DNA of 12,493 nt, taken from Fibrobacteria bacterium (GTDB taxonomy: Bacteria > Fibrobacterota > Chitinivibrionia > Chitinivibrionales > FEN-1185). The translations under genes were made by a program, and so were the position numbers. Positions within the stretch are counted from its first letter, which is position 1, and every line of letters starts with the position of its first letter. Shown here piece after piece: positions 8,297-12,493 of the stretch. The stretch is from the NCBI GenBank assembly GCA_037447435.1, contig JBBIGR010000073.1, positions 1 through 12,493 on the forward strand, written 5' to 3'. The notes under the pieces were generated by a model, which was given only the letters and a program-made list of their open reading frames with translations, was not told the DNA's origin and searched no databases.

Positions 8297-9790
8297 TTAA
8301 AACTGCCATGCGCCATCATTTACTTTGACTAGGTTTTTTACTTCAATAGCCCCGCTATTATATGCGCATTTGTCGACTTCGCTCCAACCGATTCTCGTGT
8401 CAACGATACCGTTCAATGTAGCGATTCCCCCTTTTACAGAGACCGTAATATTGTCCTTTTCAACATAAGGACTCAATGACAATCCGTTCTCGATGTTGTT
8501 TTTGATCTGTTCGTCACTGAGATGCGGTGAGGGCGAAATCCAGTCATAGGTCGAGTAGTAAGGCCAGTCGTAATAGTAAATTGGGACCTCCGGCTCCAAT
8601 TTTAAATGATTCCGGACAGCTACAACTCCTTTGGTACGGGAAGCAACATCCTGTGCTTCGGCTTTTTGATCGTTTGACTCGACAGTCCCCGAAAGGTCGG
8701 CGATGCGATTATTAACAGATGCTACAATAGTGTTTGGGCCTAATAATGGGTCCCAAGCCAGGGCTTCTGTCAATTGTTTCTTCATTTCCAAATCTGTAAG
8801 CTGTTCTTTCGGTCTTACTTTAATAAAATTATCGACCCGCCCGACGCCGACTATATTTTTTGCATCCAGTTCAGCGGAAGTTTTTGCTTTTAAATTTCCA
8901 ACGCTACCGCCAAGAAGGACAACACCGCCCTCTACGCTCACATCCGGGTTAAAGGCGGAAATTCTCGGATCCAGATGAATTGCAGCAATCACCGCCTGTT
9001 TTATGTCGTCATCGGAAACTTTTGCATATTTTAACTTTCGACGTAAGGACTCTCCAACACCAGGTTCGATTTTGATGTTCTTATTGTCAACGGAGGTCAC
9101 GCCATTTACCCAGGCATCCTCGAATGCCCGTGATTTGCCGATCGCGCTTCTTACGGTTCCGGCCAATGTGACTTTGCCGTTTTTGACCGAGGGGGAAATA
9201 AAATCGCCATTGATCCATATATCCCATTGAAGGCGGGCTTTGACATCGGCATCAATTTCCGCATCGGTGCGATGGGCCAGATAATTTATGGTGACTTCGT
9301 TACGGACTTCCTTGGTTCCCTTGACACTCTCGGCAATGCGGCCTGCCAATTGCGATTCTGCATGCGACCCAACCTTACCGGTTAATGTTGCAATTGCATC
9401 CTTAACGGAAACTGCAATCTGATAGGCTTCAGTAGCAGGGTCATGCAACAACGACGAAAGGATGTCTTTTCGGATATCTTCGTCTGAACGCGAAATCGGA
9501 ATAATTGTAATCATATCAATTACCCCACATACTCCTCGCACGCTTTCGGCGATCTTAACTGCCCGCTGTTTCGCAAGAATATTGTCGAGATTTCCGGCAA
9601 GCGTCACTATGCCTTGGTTTGTACTGACATCCACATTTTCTGGGAATACGCCCTTTTCAAGATAGAATTCCCTTTCAACGGCAGCAGTGATCATGTTGTC
9701 CGTACTTTTCTTTTCCGGCGTCGCCGCTTTAAGCGACGTCACGGCGATAAAAAGTATTGCTATATAAGTAATCGGAATGGCAAAACGCAT
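8297..9790 (-). CDS. Exported BON-domain protein with six BON domains, paralogue C
   Basis: Start moved to ATG 9790 (MRFAIPITYIAILFIAVTSLKA, 497 aa, AAGGCGG upstream). Six BON repeats with a Tyr/Trp-rich linker between BON5 and BON6. Confidence 0.93.
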   Translation of the reverse strand: MRFAIPITYIAILFIAVTSLKAATPEKKSTDNMITAAVEREFYLEKGVFPENVDVSTNQGIVTLAGNLDNILAKQRAVKIAESVRGVCGVIDMITIIPISRSDEDIRKDILSSLLHDPATEAYQIAVSVKDAIATLTGKVGSHAESQLAGRIAESVKGTKEVRNEVTINYLAHRTDAEIDADVKARLQWDIWINGDFISPSVKNGKVTLAGTVRSAIGKSRAFEDAWVNGVTSVDNKNIKIEPGVGESLRRKLKYAKVSDDDIKQAVIAAIHLDPRISAFNPDVSVEGGVVLLGGSVGNLKAKTSAELDAKNIVGVGRVDNFIKVRPKEQLTDLEMKKQLTEALAWDPLLGPNTIVASVNNRIADLSGTVESNDQKAEAQDVASRTKGVVAVRNHLKLEPEVPIYYYDWPYYSTYDWISPSPHLSDEQIKNNIENGLSLSPYVEKDNITVSVKGGIATLNGIVDTRIGWSEVDKCAYNSGAIEVKNLVKVNDGAWQF

Positions 9791-9854
9791 GTCGACCGCC
9801 TTTGTAGATTTGTTTTTGTTCGGGATTTGCGAACCTACGAGGAAGCAAATAGGG

Positions 9855-10559
9855 TCACTCTTTTTTCTTGGAAACAACCGCTACAGCTTTGTGGAATTCC
9901 TGTTCCAAATCTTTTACATCCTTGACTGCACCGGATTCTACTTTTGATGCTAATTTTTTCAAATCATTAATTGCAGCATCGATTTCAGTCCTGGCTAAAT
10001 GACTTGTTTGGGACGCTTTAAGCTTAAAAAATGCGGCTCCCTTTTTTATTTCCAATGCCGCACTTTTGCGATCACCTTCAATCATTTTTGATTTTGCTTT
10101 GTCAAAATGATAATTGTAAGCATTTTCGAAAACCAGGCTCCCTTCAATTTCCAAAGGGACCATTTGGTATTTATTGTTAATAACATTTAACGCATTTGTT
10201 ATTGCCACATTTAACTTACTCGTGTCCTTGATTCGTCCGTCCGATATCCCTGCGGTCAATTCCTCGAGTTGTTTGGAAGCTAAAGCCAAACGGTCCTTCT
10301 GATATTTTAAAAATGAATTTCCCAAATTTAATTCTGCCGCCGCTTTGGCATTTTCTCCAGATTGAAGGTATTCCTTTGCAAGAGCAAAATGATAATTGGG
10401 GGCATCCATATATACAGTCCAGTCTGATTCATCAATAGGAAACGCGTCGGATTTTGCGTTGAGGTATGTCTCATGGTTTTTTTGTTCTGCGCCATAAACG
10501 GAAAAACTGAGAAAGTAAAAACATGCCGTTGCAATGAGAATGAATTTGATATTGCCCAT
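9855..10559 (-). CDS. Exported alpha-helical hypothetical protein with two internal repeats (YfdX-like, tentative)
   Basis: 234 aa, AAGGAG RBS at 10565-10570, signal peptide ending VYG-A, two Ala/Lys-rich helical repeats each starting NYHF..AK. Confidence 0.8.
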   Translation of the reverse strand: MGNIKFILIATACFYFLSFSVYGAEQKNHETYLNAKSDAFPIDESDWTVYMDAPNYHFALAKEYLQSGENAKAAAELNLGNSFLKYQKDRLALASKQLEELTAGISDGRIKDTSKLNVAITNALNVINNKYQMVPLEIEGSLVFENAYNYHFDKAKSKMIEGDRKSAALEIKKGAAFFKLKASQTSHLARTEIDAAINDLKKLASKVESGAVKDVKDLEQEFHKAVAVVSKKKE

Positions 10560-10651
10560 AAATACTCCTTTATAAAATGATTGTACTGATGGAAATGCAA
10601 ATTAAAAAAATTAAAAAAACGGATTTTACATTTGATTTTAAATCAATAATT

Positions 10652-10668
10652 AGCAATAACCACGCCAG
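10652..10668 (-). promoter_or_regulatory. Putative sigma54 (-24/-12) promoter for the YfdX-like and BON C genes
   Basis: Minus strand CTGGCGTGGTTATTGCT: GG-N10-GC spacing, about 93 nt upstream of ATG 10559. Confidence 0.7.
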
Positions 10669-10946
10669 ACGCTTTTCCATGTTGATGCGTAGTGCAAGTA
10701 TTGATACATTCGGGGAGTGCTTCTTATCTTTGGAAATGTATTTCTTAAAAATAAGAAAAAATACGGCTTTTGGTTTAAGGTAAATAAGGTAAGCAATAAT
10801 TCCGTAGAACTTATATATGAAGGACACGACAAAACACTCGGAAAAACCGCATGTAAGTCCTTTGTAGAGTTGAGCCACCCCCAACAGGAGTCGGAGGCTA
10901 TAAAATTACTTCGGCTCTTTGAGTCGAAGATTACATATGCGACATC

Positions 10947-10983
10947 CACAGAAGGCTCACGATTTTATCGGGAGCCTTCTGTG
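10947..10983. terminator. Strong hairpin just downstream of the SH3 gene (terminator or 3' stabiliser)
   Basis: CACAGAAGGCTC / GAGCCTTCTGTG perfect 12-bp stem plus an inner CGAT/ATCG stem, 16 nt after the stop at 11000. No clear U-tract on either side. Confidence 0.5.
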
Positions 10984-10999
10984 AAGTAACCTATCGCCT

Positions 11000-11470
11000 T
11001 TACAATTTAGCTGCTTTGTCCTCGACAATTCTGTCGATAGTTTCCTCATCAATGTTTTCCTTTATCTCCTGGTCAAAAGATCTGTCCAGCGCGATGCCTT
11101 TATTTAGAGAGTCGGTTGCATCGAGAATGAAAATTGGCGTCGGATTGTCCAAAAACCCAAGCACGCTTGCAGTATCAAAAGAAAACGTTTTACTTGGTGC
11201 AACTTCCTTTACAGAAGCTTTTGAAACCCATCCAATATCTCCTTTTAAGTTACGCACTTTGTACAAATCACCTTTGGTTTCCAAAACAAGTAGCCGATCG
11301 TTTGTCCCTACCACAAAGGCAGGGGGCCTTTCTGTGCCCGTTGTCGGAGTGTTTGAAAAAACAGCGATGTCGTTTTTAAGCGGTATGACATATCGGTCTT
11401 TTGGTGCGACACTCCAGGCATTCGTCATGCTCAACAGCATAATTGTCAAACTATAAAAAAGTGTACGCAT
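11000..11470 (-). CDS. Exported SH3b-domain protein with acidic C-terminal extension
   Basis: 156 aa, AAGGCGG upstream, signal peptide ending NAWS. SH3b-like pattern DRLLVLETKGDLYKVRNLKGDIGWVSKASV. Confidence 0.8.
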   Translation of the reverse strand: MRTLFYSLTIMLLSMTNAWSVAPKDRYVIPLKNDIAVFSNTPTTGTERPPAFVVGTNDRLLVLETKGDLYKVRNLKGDIGWVSKASVKEVAPSKTFSFDTASVLGFLDNPTPIFILDATDSLNKGIALDRSFDQEIKENIDEETIDRIVEDKAAKL

Positions 11471-11574
11471 AATTTACCGCCTTTCAAGAAATATCATAAA
11501 TCCTTTTCCATAAAATTACGGGATATGGTGGGAAATTATTTTATCCACATACTTGATAAAGGTGTACCAGGTGC

Positions 11575-12493
11575 TTACAAAGTTGTCTGTTGTGATGGTA
11601 AGTCACTTTCAATAAACTTATCTATAAACCGTGAGACTTCAATTTGGCTTAAAAGATTATATTTTGCCAGCGATGCTGCTATGCCGATTTTTACGGTAAC
11701 CGCTTCAGGTGGTAAGGATCGGTATACGTCTTCATCGGTTTTATCATCGCCCATTGCAATTATGAAATCAAATTTCCGGTTTGAAATAAACTTTAATGCG
11801 GCAATTCCTTTGTCGTAGCCCGTTCTTTTTACTTCTATGACCATATTTTCTTCGAGTACATGCAATTTGTTTTCATGCGCCACAAGCGTTCGTAATTCCT
11901 CTTTCAGTTCTTTGGCTTTTATTGCTCCGAATTCCGGTAATGCCACGCCAATGAAGAAAATTTTTCTTCAATAAAAGAGCCATTACAACGGTCCGAGTAT
12001 CGCTGTAAAACAGGAAAAAAATTTGTTTTCCACCCCTGATCCGTATCAATTGCGCATTGCCATTCTCCACCCGGGGATTTTTGAAACGCTCCATGTTCCG
12101 CAATCAAATGCATATTGAGGGTTCCGAACCATTCGTCAAGAAAATTTTTATTTCTGCCGCTTATGAGCACGATGGTGTTTTTGGAATACTCTGAAAGAGA
12201 TTTTAATTGTTTCAATGTTTGAGGGCCCGGTGTTGCCAATTCAGGAATGGATGAAAACGGAACGAGCGTTCCGTCGTAATCAAGGAATATCGCCCTTTGT
12301 TCCGCTTTTGCAAATTTTGCGAGTATTTCGGACTCGATCGCAGATGTTATTAAATTAACTTTCCTTAGTTCCTGTTCCCGTTTTATGTCTTCAAGGCTTT
12401 CGAGTATGTCTTTAGCCCAGGTAAAGACAGTATAATTTTTAATTCTTTTCTGCATTCGAGCCAACAGAATATTTCGGTTGCGAAGCGGCATTA
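11575..12493 (-). pseudogene. otsAB: 3' part of a bifunctional trehalose-6-phosphate synthase/phosphatase (OtsA-OtsB fusion), frameshifted near 11930; 5' end outside the window
   Basis: TPS C-terminal helix (RMQKRIKNYTVFTWAKDIL) and HAD motifs FLDYDGTL, ISGR, AEHG, EEK.SSLAWHYR in one frame. VIEVK, DKG and GDDKTDED are in another frame. The product call is firm; real pseudogene versus assembly artefact is unresolved. Confidence 0.8.

Noticed and set aside
899..9790. BON repeats as DNA tandem repeats, a CRISPR-like array or a diversity-generating cassette
   Set aside because: Similarity is at the protein level only; no near-identical DNA repeats, reverse transcriptase, recombinase or cas genes were seen.
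10692..10708. IHF-like site (minus strand TATCAATACTTGC) upstream of the third sigma54 motif
   Set aside because: The position is plausible but it deviates from WATCAA-N4-TTR, and such matches are common in AT-rich DNA.
10570..10989. Several overlapping 68-104 aa ORFs in the large spacer
   Set aside because: Mutually overlapping, no recognisable motifs, and they run through a promoter motif and hairpins.
11016..11456. 146-aa + strand ORF and the other short antisense ORFs across the window
   Set aside because: Antisense shadows of well-supported minus-strand genes, with no protein motifs.
11575..11946. Independent 123-aa gene, or a programmed ribosomal frameshift
   Set aside because: It holds only half of a HAD domain, there is no slippery heptamer at the junction, and about four residues appear to be missing, which fits a deletion.

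Overview
Bacterial DNA (roughly 40-45% GC by eye, AT-rich spacers) carrying an envelope/osmotic-stress-like cluster, almost all on the minus strand. In transcription order: the 3' part of a bifunctional trehalose-6-phosphate synthase/phosphatase gene (frameshifted in the phosphatase domain), an SH3b-domain exported protein, a helical two-repeat exported protein (YfdX-like), a 6xBON protein, a Pal/OmpA-type lipoprotein without adjacent tol genes, an S10 serine carboxypeptidase, a DegP/HtrA protease, and two more tandem 6xBON paralogues. One convergent + strand exported protein (LssY C-terminal-like) lies at the left end. Three correctly spaced sigma54 -24/-12 motifs head three apparent transcription units. 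Main points: 18 BON domains in three genes interleaved with two periplasmic proteases under apparent sigma54 control, a frameshift explainable by collapse of a 13-nt repeat, and a multi-hairpin intergenic element. No mobile element, CRISPR array, tRNA or rRNA was seen. All family calls come from motif recognition by eye, not database searches.
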